A stretch of DNA of 64,000 nt from Escherichia coli O157:H7 (GTDB taxonomy: Bacteria > Pseudomonadota > Gammaproteobacteria > Enterobacterales > Enterobacteriaceae). Location: the NCBI RefSeq assembly GCF_013167455.1, contig NZ_CP038328.1. One strand, given 5' to 3'. Shown piece by piece: positions 46,677 through 58,522 of this stretch. Position 1 is the stretch's first letter. Each line of letters opens with the position of its first letter. The position numbers were made by a program, and so were the translations under genes. The notes below the pieces were generated by a model. The model was not told the origin of the DNA, did no database searches, and saw nothing but the letters and a program-made list of their open reading frames with translations.

Positions 46677-46764
46677 TGTGATATTCTGTATGCCGTTTTT
46701 ACGGATATGACAGGGTGAGGGGTAACCTCACATCCTGATTATTGACTAAGTGCGCGTTGTTCAT

Positions 46765-46862
46765 GCCGGATGCGGCGTGAACGCCTTATCCGGCCTACAA
46801 ATCATGCAAATCCAAAATATTGCAGGAGTTATGTAGGCCTGATAAGCGTAGCGCATCAGGCA
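46765..46862. repeat. REP / BIME-like extragenic palindromes between mltA and tcdA
   Basis: GCCGGATGCGGCGTGAACGCCTTATCCGGCCTAC (46765-46798) and GTAGGCCTGATAAGCGTAGCGCATCAGGC (46834-46862) are typical REP sequences in opposite orientation. Confidence 0.65.
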
Positions 46863-46914
46863 TTTATGCGTTTAGGGTGAGGGATAACCTCGCCCTTTTT
46901 AATTCTGAGGTGCT

Positions 46915-47721
46915 ATGTCTGTGGTAATTAGTGATGCATGGCGTCAGCGTTTTGGTGGCACAGCGCGTCTGTATGGTGAAAAAGCGTTGCAACTGTTTGC
47001 TGACGCGCATATTTGTGTGGTCGGTATTGGCGGTGTCGGTTCCTGGGCGGCGGAAGCGCTGGCGCGCACGGGGATTGGCGCAATCACGCTTATCGATATG
47101 GATGATGTGTGCGTCACCAATACCAATCGGCAAATTCATGCCCTGCGCGATAACGTTGGGCTGGCAAAAGCGGAAGTCATGGCGGAACGTATTCGCCAGA
47201 TTAACTCGGAGTGCTGTGTAACGGTGGTGGATGATTTCGTGACGCCGGATAACGTAGCGCAGCATATGAGCGTGGGTTATTCGTACGTGATTGATGCCAT
47301 TGATAGTGTACGGCCCAAAGCGGCGCTGATTGCTTATTGTCGGCGCAATAAAATCCCGCTGGTCACGACCGGTGGCGCGGGTGGGCAGATTGACCCAACG
47401 CAGATTCAGGTTACCGATCTGGCGAAAACGATTCAGGACCCGCTGGCGGCGAAGTTGCGTGAGCGCCTGAAAAGCGATTTTGGCGTAGTGAAAAACAGTA
47501 AAGGTAAGCTCGGTGTGGATTGCGTGTTCTCTACCGAAGCATTGGTGTATCCGCAGTCAGACGGTACGGTGTGTGCGATGAAAGCCACGGCGGAAGGACC
47601 AAAGCGGATGGATTGTGCATCTGGATTTGGCGCGGCAACGATGGTGACCGCCACCTTTGGTTTTGTTGCGGTTTCTCATGCGCTGAAGAAGATGATGGCG
47701 AAAGCGGCGCGTCAGGGGTAA
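46915..47721 (+). CDS. tcdA: tRNA threonylcarbamoyladenosine dehydratase (ThiF/MoeB-like E1 fold)
   Basis: 268-aa ORF with nucleotide-binding motif VVGIGGVGSWAAEALARTG; recognised (csdL). Confidence 0.93.
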   Translation: MSVVISDAWRQRFGGTARLYGEKALQLFADAHICVVGIGGVGSWAAEALARTGIGAITLIDMDDVCVTNTNRQIHALRDNVGLAKAEVMAERIRQINSECCVTVVDDFVTPDNVAQHMSVGYSYVIDAIDSVRPKAALIAYCRRNKIPLVTTGGAGGQIDPTQIQVTDLAKTIQDPLAAKLRERLKSDFGVVKNSKGKLGVDCVFSTEALVYPQSDGTVCAMKATAEGPKRMDCASGFGAATMVTATFGFVAVSHALKKMMAKAARQG

Positions 47722-47728
47722 ACAATCA

Positions 47729-47762
47729 GGTCGGATGCGACGCAAACGTCTTATCCGACCCG
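47729..47762. repeat. REP-like palindrome between convergent tcdA and csdE
   Basis: GGTCGGATGCGACGCAAACGTCTTATCCGACC with inverted-repeat arms. Confidence 0.6.
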
Positions 47763-47771
47763 GTTCTGTGC

Positions 47772-48215
47772 TTAAACCTGCTTCGTCGCAGCGATAATCG
47801 CCTCGCTTAACGCATTTAACCCCTGGCTGCGTGAGGCGCTAAGTTGCGCACGCAATCCCAGCTCATCAAACAATGCCAGCGGCGACTGTGCCTGCAATTC
47901 GGCGGCGGTTTTCCCCTCAACGGCAGTCAACAGCACCGCCAGGAGGCCGCGCACTATACGTCCTTCGCTGTCGCCAAAGAAGTGCATTTTACCGTTTTCA
48001 GCCACGGTATATCCCAGCCAGACGCGGTTTTCGCATCCGGCAATCTCTTTAGCCTGCGCTTTTAACTCGTCTGGCAAAGCCGGAAGCTGTTTCCCCAGCA
48101 TGATCAACTGGCGATATTTATCTTCCCATTGCGTCAACGGTGCGAAGGTATTGCGTAACGTTTCTGCGGTTACGGTTGTGCCGAACGGATGTCCGGCGAA
48201 TTGCGGGTTCGTCAT
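47772..48215 (-). CDS. csdE: sulfur acceptor protein (SufE-like)
   Basis: 147-aa ORF; recognised; follows csdA with a 1-nt overlap. Confidence 0.92.
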
Positions 48216-49420
48216 TAATCCACCAATAATTCCAGCGCGCGGTCAACGGCATTCACCAGCGCATCCACATCACTCTTTGTATTATATGGCGCAAAAGAGG
48301 CGCGCAGTGTGCCGGTCACGCCTAATTCTGCCAGTAGCGGCTGAGCGCAATGTTGCCCGGCCCGCAAGGCAATACCGTACTCCGCCAGCAGCGTCACCAT
48401 ATCGCTGTGATGAACGCCAGCAAAATCAAAGGCCAGCAGGCTGGAATCCTGGCAGCGGAATGAACGAAAGCCTGGACGTTTCGCCAGCGCATCTTCCGCC
48501 AGCGTTGCTAAGCTACGGCTCCAGTTTTCGGCCTGGTTGATATCGTAATCTGCCAGCCATTCCAGCGCCGCGCTTAATCCTATGACACCAGCCACATTTG
48601 GCGTTCCTGCTTCCAGTTTCCACGGCGCAGATTGAGTCGTGAAGCCGTCAAAACTCACTTCGTGAACCATTTTGCCGCCGCCCAGCCAGGGCGACATCGC
48701 TTCCAGCAGTTCTGATTTGCCATACAGCACGCCGATACCCGTCGGGCCATACAGTTTGTGACCAGAGAAAGCATAGAAATCGATATCCAGTTGCTGAACA
48801 TCCGCGGGGAAATGCACCGCCCCCTGAGCACCATCAACTATCACCACTATCCCGGCTGAATGAGCAAAGGTAATCGCTCGCGCCAGATCCGGGCAACCGC
48901 CAGTTACGTTCGACATCTGACCCAACGCCAGAATCCGACTACGGGGAGTAATCAGTTCCGGCAGCAAATCGACATCTGGCAGTCGCTGCGCATTAAGCGG
49001 CAATTTGACCACTTTGGCTCCAGTTTGTTGGGCGACCATCAGCCAGGGGACGAGGTTGGCGTGGTGTTCTGCCACGCTGACAATAATCTCATCGCCCGGT
49101 TGTAGACGCGGACGCGCATAGCATTGTGCCACCATGTTGATGGATTCAGTGGTGCCGCGCGTCCAGACGATAGTTTTATCATCCGGTGCATTCAGTAATT
49201 GCGCCACTTTCTCTCGTGCAGCTTCATAACGCGCGGTCAGGCGTTGGGCTTCGGCAAACTGGCTGCGATGGACGTTTCCGGCGCTCAGACTGTAAAACTG
49301 TCGGGTGGCTTCAACCACGGCTTCAGGTTTAAGCGCGGTCGCGGCGCTGTCGAGATAGACGCCCGCATCCTGTAGAGCGGGAAACTGGGCGCGAAACTGC
49401 GCGGGATTAAAAACGTTCAT
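48215..49420 (-). CDS. csdA: cysteine desulfurase (cysteine sulfinate desulfinase)
   Basis: ORF-track ORF is 413 aa; CsdA begins [35 protein letters not shown] at ATG 49420 (401 aa). Confidence 0.92.
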
Positions 49421-49611
49421 GGTACTCCTCGGCTTGATGCACCGATCGTGACGCAAAATTCACTTTGATACAAGGAGAGTGCTAACCATCAGAATTATCT
49501 GGATATCCTGGCGAAGCCGCGTCAGTAACATATGCTGAATAGTGTTAGGCGTTAATTTTAGCCTGTTAATCAATACTATTAAGATTTATTAATCGCTTTA
49601 AGGAGAAGATG

Positions 49612-49839
49612 ATGAAAAAGACTGCCGCAATTATTTCTGCCTGTATGCTGACTTTTGCCCTGAGCGCCTGTTCCGGTTCGAACTATGTGATGCACACCAA
49701 TGACGGACGTACCATCGTCTCTGACGGCAAACCACAGACTGATAACGATACCGGTATGATTTCGTATAAAGACGCTAATGGCAACAAACAGCAGATCAAC
49801 CGTACCGACGTGAAAGAGATGGTCGAACTGGATCAGTAA
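49612..49839 (+). CDS. ygdI: small lipoprotein (DUF903)
   Basis: Signal peptide plus lipobox LSAC; 75 aa from second Met; paralogue of ygdR. Confidence 0.85.
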   Translation: MKKTAAIISACMLTFALSACSGSNYVMHTNDGRTIVSDGKPQTDNDTGMISYKDANGNKQQINRTDVKEMVELDQ

Positions 49840-49855
49840 TTCGCGATCGCAAGGT

Positions 49856-50061
49856 AAAAAAAAGCACCGCAATTAGGCGGTGCTACATTAATCACTATGG
49901 ACAGACAGGGTAAATGTACAGGAAGTGAAAAAAGGTAGCTTTGCTACCATGGTCTGAATCGCAGACCAATTGCAAACACAACAACACAACATCACAACCG
50001 TAAGCCAAAAGTTCACCAGAACACGCATTCCGATAAAACTTTTCGTTCCGGCTCAGGAAGT
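49856..50061 (-). ncRNA. gcvB: GcvB small regulatory RNA (Hfq-dependent)
   Basis: Plus strand 49856-50061 is the reverse complement of the GcvB sequence (5' ACTTCCTGAGCCGGAACGAAAAGTTTTATCGGAATGCGTGTTCTGGTGAACTTTTGGCTTACGGTTGTGATGTTGTGTTGTTGTGTTTGCAATTGG..., terminator hairpin GCACCGCCTAATTGCGGTGC plus T-run); divergent from gcvA. Confidence 0.9.
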
Positions 50062-50189
50062 GCCGCCACTATAGGTATTTGCTGGTAGAAGCTCAACGGA
50101 CAATTTATAATGGCTCAGATTAAAAAAACTAATAGGTTACACAGTGTGATCTAATTGTTAAATTCATTTAACATCAAAGTTTAAAAGCC
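50062..50189. promoter_or_regulatory. gcvA-gcvB divergent control region
   Basis: 128-bp gap between the gcvB 5' end and the gcvA start; individual GcvA sites not mapped. Confidence 0.5.
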
Positions 50190-51107
50190 ATGTCTAAACG
50201 ATTACCACCGCTAAATGCCTTACGAGTTTTTGATGCCGCAGCACGCCATTTAAGTTTCACTCGCGCAGCAGAAGAGCTTTTTGTGACCCAGGCCGCAGTA
50301 AGTCATCAAATCAAGTCTCTTGAGGATTTTTTGGGGCTAAAACTGTTCCGCCGCCGTAATCGTTCACTCCTGCTGACCGAGGAAGGGCAAAGCTATTTCC
50401 TCGATATCAAAGAGATATTTTCGCAATTAACCGAAGCGACGCGTAAACTCCAGGCCCGTAGCGCCAAGGGGGCGTTGACGGTCAGTTTACTCCCCAGTTT
50501 CGCCATTCATTGGTTGGTTCCGCGACTTTCCAGCTTTAATTCAGCTTATCCGGGAATTGACGTTCGAATCCAGGCGGTTGATCGTCAGGAAGATAAGCTG
50601 GCGGATGATGTTGATGTGGCGATATTTTATGGTCGGGGCAACTGGCCGGGGCTACGGGTGGAAAAACTGTACGCCGAATATTTATTGCCGGTGTGTTCGC
50701 CGCTACTGCTGACTGGCGAAAAACCCTTGAAGACCCCGGAAGATCTGGCTAAACATACGTTATTACATGATGCGTCACGCCGTGACTGGCAGACATATAC
50801 TCGTCAATTGGGGTTAAATCATATCAACGTTCAGCAAGGGCCAATTTTTAGCCATAGCGCCATGGTGCTGCAAGCGGCTATTCACGGGCAGGGAGTGGCG
50901 CTGGCAAATAACGTGATGGCGCAATCTGAAATTGAAGCCGGACGTCTTGTTTGCCCGTTTAATGATGTTCTGGTCAGTAAAAACGCTTTTTATCTGGTTT
51001 GTCATGACAGCCAGGCAGAACTGGGTAAAATAGCCGCCTTTCGCCAATGGATCCTGGCGAAAGCCGCTGCTGAACAAGAAAAATTCCGCTTTCGTTATGA
51101 ACAATAA
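50190..51107 (+). CDS. gcvA: LysR-type regulator of the glycine cleavage system
   Basis: 305-aa ORF starting MSKRLPPLNALRVFDAAARHLSFTRAAEELFVTQAAVSHQIK. Confidence 0.95.
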   Translation: MSKRLPPLNALRVFDAAARHLSFTRAAEELFVTQAAVSHQIKSLEDFLGLKLFRRRNRSLLLTEEGQSYFLDIKEIFSQLTEATRKLQARSAKGALTVSLLPSFAIHWLVPRLSSFNSAYPGIDVRIQAVDRQEDKLADDVDVAIFYGRGNWPGLRVEKLYAEYLLPVCSPLLLTGEKPLKTPEDLAKHTLLHDASRRDWQTYTRQLGLNHINVQQGPIFSHSAMVLQAAIHGQGVALANNVMAQSEIEAGRLVCPFNDVLVSKNAFYLVCHDSQAELGKIAAFRQWILAKAAAEQEKFRFRYEQ

Positions 51108-51125
51108 TTTACGTAGGGTACGACC

Positions 51126-51521
51126 ATGACCAGCCGTTTTATGCTGATTTTCGCCGCCATTAGCGGCTTCATTTTTGTGGCACTGGGCGCTTTTGGCGCG
51201 CATGTGTTAAGTAAAACCATGGGGGCCGTTGAGATGGGCTGGATCCAGACCGGCCTCGAATACCAGGCGTTTCATACGCTGGCGATCTTAGGTCTGGCGG
51301 TGGCAATGCAGCGTCGCATCAGTATCTGGTTTTACTGGAGTAGCGTTTTCCTCGCGTTAGGCACGGTGCTGTTCAGCGGCAGCCTTTATTGCCTGGCACT
51401 GTCCCATCTGCGTTTGTGGGCGTTTGTCACTCCGGTTGGCGGCGTGAGCTTCCTTGCGGGCTGGGCGTTAATGTTAGTTGGTGCTATCCGTTTAAAGCGC
51501 AAGGGCGTAAGTCATGAATAA
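51126..51521 (+). CDS. ygdD: DUF423 inner-membrane protein
   Basis: 131-aa hydrophobic ORF; overlaps rlmM start by 8 nt. Confidence 0.88.
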
Positions 51522-52614
51522 GGTTGTATTGCTGTGCCGTCCGGGCTTTGAAAAAGAGTGCGCCGCAGAAATTACCGATAAAGCCGGCCAGCGGGAGATT
51601 TTCGGTTTTGCCCGCGTGAAAGAGAATGCGGGTTATGTCATTTATGAATGTTATCAACCTGATGATGGCGATAAGTTAATCCGTGAGCTGCCGTTCAGTT
51701 CATTAATTTTTGCCCGCCAGTGGTTTGTGGTGGGGGAACTCTTGCAGCATTTGCCGCCAGAAGATCGTATTACCCCCATTGTCGGCATGTTGCAGGGCGT
51801 AGTAGAGAAGGGCGGTGAACTGCGTGTTGAAGTTGCCGATACCAACGAAAGCAAAGAGTTGCTGAAATTCTGCCGTAAATTCACCGTGCCGCTACGCGCT
51901 GCCTTGCGCGATGCCGGGGTGCTGGCGAACTATGAAACGCCGAAGCGTCCGGTTGTGCATGTATTCTTTATTGCACCAGGCTGCTGCTATACCGGTTACT
52001 CATACAGCAACAATAATTCGCCGTTCTATATGGGCATTCCGCGCCTGAAATTTCCGGCAGATGCGCCGAGTCGTTCCACGCTCAAACTGGAAGAGGCATT
52101 TCATGTGTTTATTCCTGCGGATGAGTGGGATGAACGCCTGGCGAACGGGATGTGGGCGGTGGATTTAGGCGCTTGCCCTGGCGGCTGGACCTACCAACTG
52201 GTGAAGCGCAACATGTGGGTTTATTCCGTCGACAACGGCCCGATGGCGCAAAGTCTGATGGATACCGGACAGGTGACGTGGCTGCGGGAAGACGGTTTCA
52301 AATTCCGTCCGACGCGCAGCAATATCTCCTGGATGGTATGCGATATGGTTGAAAAACCGGCGAAAGTTGCGGCATTGATGGCGCAGTGGCTGGTTAATGG
52401 CTGGTGTCGTGAAACCATTTTCAACCTCAAACTGCCGATGAAAAAACGCTACGAAGAAGTGTCACACAATCTGGCGTATATTCAGGCACAGCTTGATGAA
52501 CATGGCATAAATGCTCAGATTCAGGCGCGGCAGTTGTATCACGATCGCGAAGAAGTGACGGTGCACGTCCGCCGTATCTGGGCTGCGGTGGGTGGTCGTC
52601 GCGACGAGCGATAA
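51514..52614 (+). CDS. rlmM: 23S rRNA 2'-O-ribose C2498 methyltransferase
   Basis: 366-aa ORF; recognised (ygdE). Confidence 0.92.
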
Positions 52615-52657
52615 CAGGCAAGGCCGGGGCGTCGTCTCCGGCCTGCTACCCTTTCCG

Positions 52658-53389
52658 TCAGCCTGTTACCAAAGAAGTTGCAACCTGGCGTTCATCAGAA
52701 ATAATGTGCGTTACCTCATCCAGATGCCCGATGCGGGCTTCCCCTGAACGATTAAATTTACTTTTATCAATCAATAACAACGATTGCGCGGCGCGTTTTA
52801 ATAGCATTGATTTGTAATCAGCGTTGATAGCATTGGAGTCCCACAGTGCGCCGCTGCTATCGATCCCTTCACAAGAAAAAATAAACAGATCGATTTCCAG
52901 CGATTTAAGTTGGGAAATCAGCGAGGGATTGACGTAACAGCCATATTTGCGCTCAAGTGTGCCGCCGGAACTGATCAGTTGAATGCGTTCGCGTTTACCG
53001 AGTTCATGGCAAATCGGATGGCTATTGGTGAAGACCTGAATGTTGATGTCAGGCAACTGGCGTGCCAGATACCAGCAAGTTGAACTGGCGTCTAAGGCTA
53101 TCACCATCCCTTCTTCAATCCACGCGAGCGCCTCGCGCGCGATATCTGCTTTATGCGCATAATGGCTTTTCAGCCTGATGTGAAAGGGATCGCCACTGTC
53201 TTGATTTTGACGGTGGATATATTTAGCGCGTCCATGATTGCGCAGAATTTTACCCTGCGTCTGTAATTCATTGAGATCGCGACGAATGGTTTCTTTACTG
53301 ACCTTTAGCTGTTCAGAGAGAGCTTCCGTGGTCAGGCTGGTATGGTTCAGCAGCAGGTCGACTATCGCTTGCTGGCGTGCCGCTTTCAT
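52658..53389 (-). CDS. fucR: DeoR-family activator of the L-fucose regulon
   Basis: FucR begins MKAARQQAIVDLLLNHTSLTTEALSEQLKVSKETIRRDL at ATG 53389 (243 aa) with a GGTG Shine-Dalgarno-like sequence upstream; the ORF-track entry starts 3 codons earlier at a GTG. Confidence 0.92.
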   Translation of the reverse strand: MKAARQQAIVDLLLNHTSLTTEALSEQLKVSKETIRRDLNELQTQGKILRNHGRAKYIHRQNQDSGDPFHIRLKSHYAHKADIAREALAWIEEGMVIALDASSTCWYLARQLPDINIQVFTNSHPICHELGKRERIQLISSGGTLERKYGCYVNPSLISQLKSLEIDLFIFSCEGIDSSGALWDSNAINADYKSMLLKRAAQSLLLIDKSKFNRSGEARIGHLDEVTHIISDERQVATSLVTG

Positions 53390-53446
53390 ATTTTTCACCC
53401 CATCATTCGATAACCGCCCGCGTCATGCGGGCGTACCGGTATGAGA

Positions 53447-53869
53447 TTACGGTGTTACCCCTTTTTTTAAAAGAATATTCCCGTACTTCGCTCGTTCGCC
53501 TGTGATAACGATCGCAAAGGCTTTTTGCGCCCGTTCATAAAACGCAAAACGATTGATGCGGATGATGTCAGGACACGGGGCTTGTAGTGAAAGCGCATTA
53601 CGGTAACGTCGTTCTACTTCAGGATCGAGAGTGTCACCTTCTACCGCTGCCATCATCACCAGCGGCGGTGCATAACTGTCCAGCTCAAATAACGGGATAA
53701 TCGCCTGGAGCAAGTCGCTCACCAACAGGCCATCAGCGCGGATCACCTGCGGTCCCATCGAATGGGCGGGAAAGTGAGCATCGGAAAAAATAATTTCATC
53801 TCCATGTCCCATCTCTGCCAGCACTTTCAATAGTTCGGGAGAAATTAACGGCGAAATTGTTTTCAGCAT
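53447..53869 (-). CDS. fucU: L-fucose mutarotase
   Basis: 140-aa ORF; recognised. Confidence 0.92.
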
Positions 53870-53870
53870 T

Positions 53871-55289
53871 TCACACTTCCTCTATAAATTCAGGTTCAGT
53901 TTGCGGGTAGAAATAACGGAACTGATAATGAATCTGTGCACGGGCTTCTTCCGGGCTGTTAAATTCCCCTACGCCATACCAACCGAACAGCGCAGCTCCT
54001 GCGACGGTCGTTTCGGCGTCGTCGAGAACTTTTAACGGAATATCAAGCATATTGGCTTTAATCTGATTCCACAATGTGTTGCGACTTCCTCCACCGACTA
54101 ACAATAATTCAGAGGCCTTAAAGTGCCCGATTTTTTCCAGCATCTGTAGATTGCGCTGTAATTGCGCAGTTAACCCTTCCAGCGCCGCGCGATAGAAATG
54201 CCCCCGCGTGGTATTAAGCGTCACTCCTTGCCAGCCAGCGTTCTGACACGACAATAAATCACACTGCATTTTCACGCCATCCGCGCCAGGCGCGATCAGA
54301 CGAGCCTCTTCAATCAACATTTGCCAGGGTGTTTCAGCCGTCCAGAACAGTTTTCTCACCCATTCCAGCACACCGGATGCCAGCCATTGCATACCTGGGT
54401 TATACAACCCTGCCTGGCTATCCAGTTCGCAGGTGGAACCGGCGTACTGACTTAACAGCGAAGTATCAACCTGGGCGCTGCGAACCATTAAAATTTCCCA
54501 TGTACCGGAAGAGAGCACGGGTTCATTTTGTTCAGCACCAGCGCCAAAAAGGGCGAACTGGGTATCGTGACCTGCGGAAATCACCGGTATGCCAACGGGT
54601 AAGCCGAGCATTGCTGCGGCGCTGTTCTGTAGCGTACCAATCTGTTCACCCGCTTCCACCAGACGAGGGAAGAGTCGGCGTGGAATACCGGTGGCTTGTA
54701 AAATTTGCGGACTGAAATCGCGTTGCTGGATATCCAGCATCTGGCTGGTTCCGGCCATCGTGATATCAGTAGTGAATTCGCCGGTTAAACGGTGGTTAAT
54801 CAGCGACGAAATAAAGAGCCAGGCGTGCGCGCGTTCCAGCAGTTGTGGATGATTTTCTTTCAACCACACCAACTTATATAACGTATTGAAACTAAAGGCT
54901 CCGACGCCAGAAATAGCCTGCAACCGCTGTGCGGAGATTAACCGTTCAATATTGTCCATAACCGCTGCTGTTCGCGGACATTTCCAGCTAATGATCGGAT
55001 AGAGCAGATTGCCTTGCTTATCTACCAGAGCGCCATCCACACCAAAGGTGGTGACGGCGATACCGCGGATGTGGCATTCAGTCAGTTCACTATTGATTTG
55101 CCGACAGCAATCAGCAAAGCGTTGCAAAATGGCGTCTAAAGACCACTGGTGCCAGGTGTTGTTTTCCATCGCGATATCGCTGGCATTAGGCGTTGAGGCG
55201 CGGGCAACAATTTTTCCCTGCCGATTAACCGCGATGGCCCTGACATTGGTCGCGCCACAGTCGAGTACCAGGATCACTTCTTGTTTCAT
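53871..55289 (-). CDS. fucK: L-fuculokinase
   Basis: FGGY kinase; ATG at 55289 is preceded by a strong AGGAG Shine-Dalgarno (472 aa); the longest ORF extends to 55319 (482 aa). Confidence 0.92.
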
Positions 55290-55397
55290 GATCGCTCCTG
55301 CAATATAGCCGGATAACATTGCTTATCCGGCTAACCACTCTTGCTTGTTCAGGCCCGGCAGCCGGAGCGACCGGGCATCACATCAGGGAGTAATGTA

Positions 55398-57173
55398 TTA
55401 ACGCTTGTACAACGGACCGTAGTTCTGGCAAGCGCGGTAATCCTGGCCTTCAATATCCATGCCGTGCGCAGCCCAGGCAGAAGGACGATACACTTTGGTC
55501 TCTTCAACGTTGTGCATACATACCGGGATACGCAGCATGGAGGCGAGAGTGATAAAGTCTGCGCCAACGTGGCCGATGGTCAGAACCCCATGGTTAGCGC
55601 CCCAGTTCGCCATTACCGAGTACACATCCGTAAACGGCCCTTTACCGGTGAGGCGCGGTGCAAACCAGGTGGTTGGCCAGGTTGAGTTGGTGCGTTTGTT
55701 GAGGATGTCATGCACATCCTTCGGCAATTCCACGCTCCAGCCTTCCGCGATTTGCAGTACCGGTCCCAGGCCTTTGATGATGTTGACACGAGTCATGGTG
55801 AACGGGACGCCGCCTTCGGTAAGGAAGCGGGAAGAGTAACCGCCGCCACGGAAGTATTCGTGGATCGCCGGGCACCATTCGGTAGCGGCGAGGCAAGCGT
55901 CAGCCTCTTGCTGAGAGATTTCCCAGTGCGGCTTCATCGTCGGGTTACCTTCGCTGTCGCGTTGTTTACAGGAACCGTCCAGCGCAGCAGAACCGGAGTT
56001 GATCAAATGGATGATGCCGTGTTCTGCCAGTCCATCCAGTTTATGCCCCGTTACACGCTCAATTGCTTCTGGTGACCAGTAGGTACGCACATCGGCAAAT
56101 ACCTGAGCGGTGCCGGTGAGCTGGTGACCCATTAGCATTGCCACGCCGTTAAGACTGTCGTTTTCGGTCGCCACGACAAAGGGTTCGCGCACGCCATTCC
56201 AGTCAAATGAACTGTTGAGGATCGCTTCGGCGGTGTCACCATTGGGATATTGATCGGTCCAGTGACGTTGCCCCTGGAAGCCCGCAGCGATGGCGTTGTA
56301 GCCAAGTGATTCTTCCACGCGACCAATATCGGCCAGTTTGCTGTTGCCTTGCATCATGTCGCGGATACACATCGCCATCAGTAAACTTTCGCGCAGAACT
56401 GCGCGGCTTTGCTCGGCATTGCGTTGATACTGTTTGTTATTTTCATCTTCGCCATAGCGGAAGTTTTTATCAGCCCAGGCCAGTGCCATTTCCAGTTCGG
56501 CTTCGTCGTAAATCTTCTGATCGATACGGCGACGCAGTTCGGTCATATCCACCGCCTGGACTTTCATTCCCAGCCAGGATTCAAAGAAGTTGTGATCAAC
56601 AATAGAACCGGCGATACCCATCGAAACGCCGCCCAGCGACAGATAGCTTTTACCTTTCATGCTGGCGACGGCCAAACCGGCGCGGGCAAAGCGCAGCAGT
56701 TTTTCTTCAACATCGGCAGGAATCGATGTGTCATCGGCATCCTGAACGTCATGACCGTAAATGGAGAATGCCGGGATGCCTTTCTGGCTGTGAGCTGCCA
56801 GAGCCGCTGCCAGGTAAACAGCGCCGGGACGTTCAGTGCCGTTAAAGCCCCAAATGGCTTTCGGGCGGGTTGGATCCATGTCGATGGTTTCACTGCCATA
56901 GCACCAGCAAGGCGTTACCGTAATGGTGAGGCCTACATTCTGGCTGCTGAATTTTTCTTCGCAAGCAGCGGCTTCAGCCATACCCGCGATACAGGTATCG
57001 GAAATGACACACTCGACGGCAGCTCCGCAGGCATGGCGCAGTTTCTCGGTCAGCAGTGCGGCCGTAGCTTTCGCCATATTCATTGTTTGTTCTTCAAGCG
57101 ACTCACGAACACCCATGCGACGACCGTCAATAACCGGGCGGATACCAATTTTCGGTAAGCTGATTTTGTTCAT
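55398..57173 (-). CDS. fucI: L-fucose isomerase
   Basis: 591-aa ORF starting [36 protein letters not shown]. Confidence 0.96.
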
Positions 57174-57205
57174 TACAGATTCCTCACTTTATTCGGAAAA
57201 TATGT

Positions 57206-58522
57206 TCAGTTAGTTGCCGTTTGAGAACGGAAACGGGCAAAGATAAAGATGACCGCGAAGCAGAGTGCGGGGATCAGTTCAGCAGTGGGGATGTTGCCCG
57301 CCGCGTCACTGACAAAACCCATGACCGGAGTGACAATACCGCCGCCAATGATGGTCATAACGATGAAGGACGAACCGTATTTGGTGTCCTGGCCGAGATT
57401 CTTAATGCCCAGCGAGAAGATTGTTGGGTACTGAATCGACATAAAGGCGCTGCATAAAGTCAGGGCTATTAAGCCCACATGACTGCCAGCGAAGGCTGAG
57501 ATCAGGCACAGTGCCATAGCGATTAATGCGTAGGCGGCCAGGACTTTGTGTGGTGCGAAGCGACTGATGAGCCAGGTACCGGTGAAACGACCAATAAAGA
57601 AGCACACCATGGTTCCGGTTAAATAGTTAGCGGCAAAGCCTGCAGTCATGCCTGGAATTTCTTCTACAGCGTAGCGAATCAAATAGCTCCAGCAGGCCGT
57701 TTGTGCGCCAACGTAGCAGAATTGCGCTAATACTGCCCAGCGCCAGTGGCGAATACGCGCCAGGCGAGAAAGCGATGCGGAGAACGATCCTTGTTTGGCG
57801 TCACTGTGATTATCACTCTGCAATGCCGGGAATTTCGTCAGCATGATCAGCAGGGCGACCAGTAACACGATAGCCACGATGATCATATAAGGTGTCTGTA
57901 CCGATAATACCAGGCTGTGTTTATACGCACTCAATTGCTCTGGAGACATTTTATCGAGAACGTCTTGCGATTGATGTGGCACGTTAGACAAAATAAGACT
58001 TTGCCCAAAGACAACCGCGATAATTGCGCCAAATGAGTTAAATGTTTGCGCAAGATTTAAGCGGAAGTGACCACTGCTTTCCGGCCCTAATACCGTAACA
58101 AAAGGGTTTGCGGCAGTTTCCAGACAACCTAATCCGGCTGCAATAATAAATAGGCCAACTAAAAATAAGGTGTAGTTCATTATTTCTGCGGCGGGCCAGA
58201 ATAATGCAGCACCCAAGGCATATAAAAATAATCCGGTAATAATTCCTGCTTTATAACTGAGTTTTTTCATCAATATCCCAGCAGGAATTGGGATAATGAA
58301 ATAACCAAAGTAAAAGGCCGATTGGATCAGGCCAGCCTGGAAATTTGTCAGTGTAAAAGCCTGCTGGAATTGAGGTAATAAAATGTCGTTAAGGTTATTG
58401 GCTACCGCCCAAAGAAAAAACAGTGAGCACAGCAGCGCGAATGGAATAATGTAACTTCTGCTTTGCCCTGCATCTTTATCTACCGCACGGTAACTCTGCG
58501 TTTGTATTGATGTGTTTCCCAT
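57206..58522 (-). CDS. fucP: L-fucose:H+ symporter (MFS)
   Basis: 438-aa membrane ORF; first gene of the minus-strand fucPIKUR operon. Confidence 0.95.
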   Translation of the reverse strand: MGNTSIQTQSYRAVDKDAGQSRSYIIPFALLCSLFFLWAVANNLNDILLPQFQQAFTLTNFQAGLIQSAFYFGYFIIPIPAGILMKKLSYKAGIITGLFLYALGAALFWPAAEIMNYTLFLVGLFIIAAGLGCLETAANPFVTVLGPESSGHFRLNLAQTFNSFGAIIAVVFGQSLILSNVPHQSQDVLDKMSPEQLSAYKHSLVLSVQTPYMIIVAIVLLVALLIMLTKFPALQSDNHSDAKQGSFSASLSRLARIRHWRWAVLAQFCYVGAQTACWSYLIRYAVEEIPGMTAGFAANYLTGTMVCFFIGRFTGTWLISRFAPHKVLAAYALIAMALCLISAFAGSHVGLIALTLCSAFMSIQYPTIFSLGIKNLGQDTKYGSSFIVMTIIGGGIVTPVMGFVSDAAGNIPTAELIPALCFAVIFIFARFRSQTATN

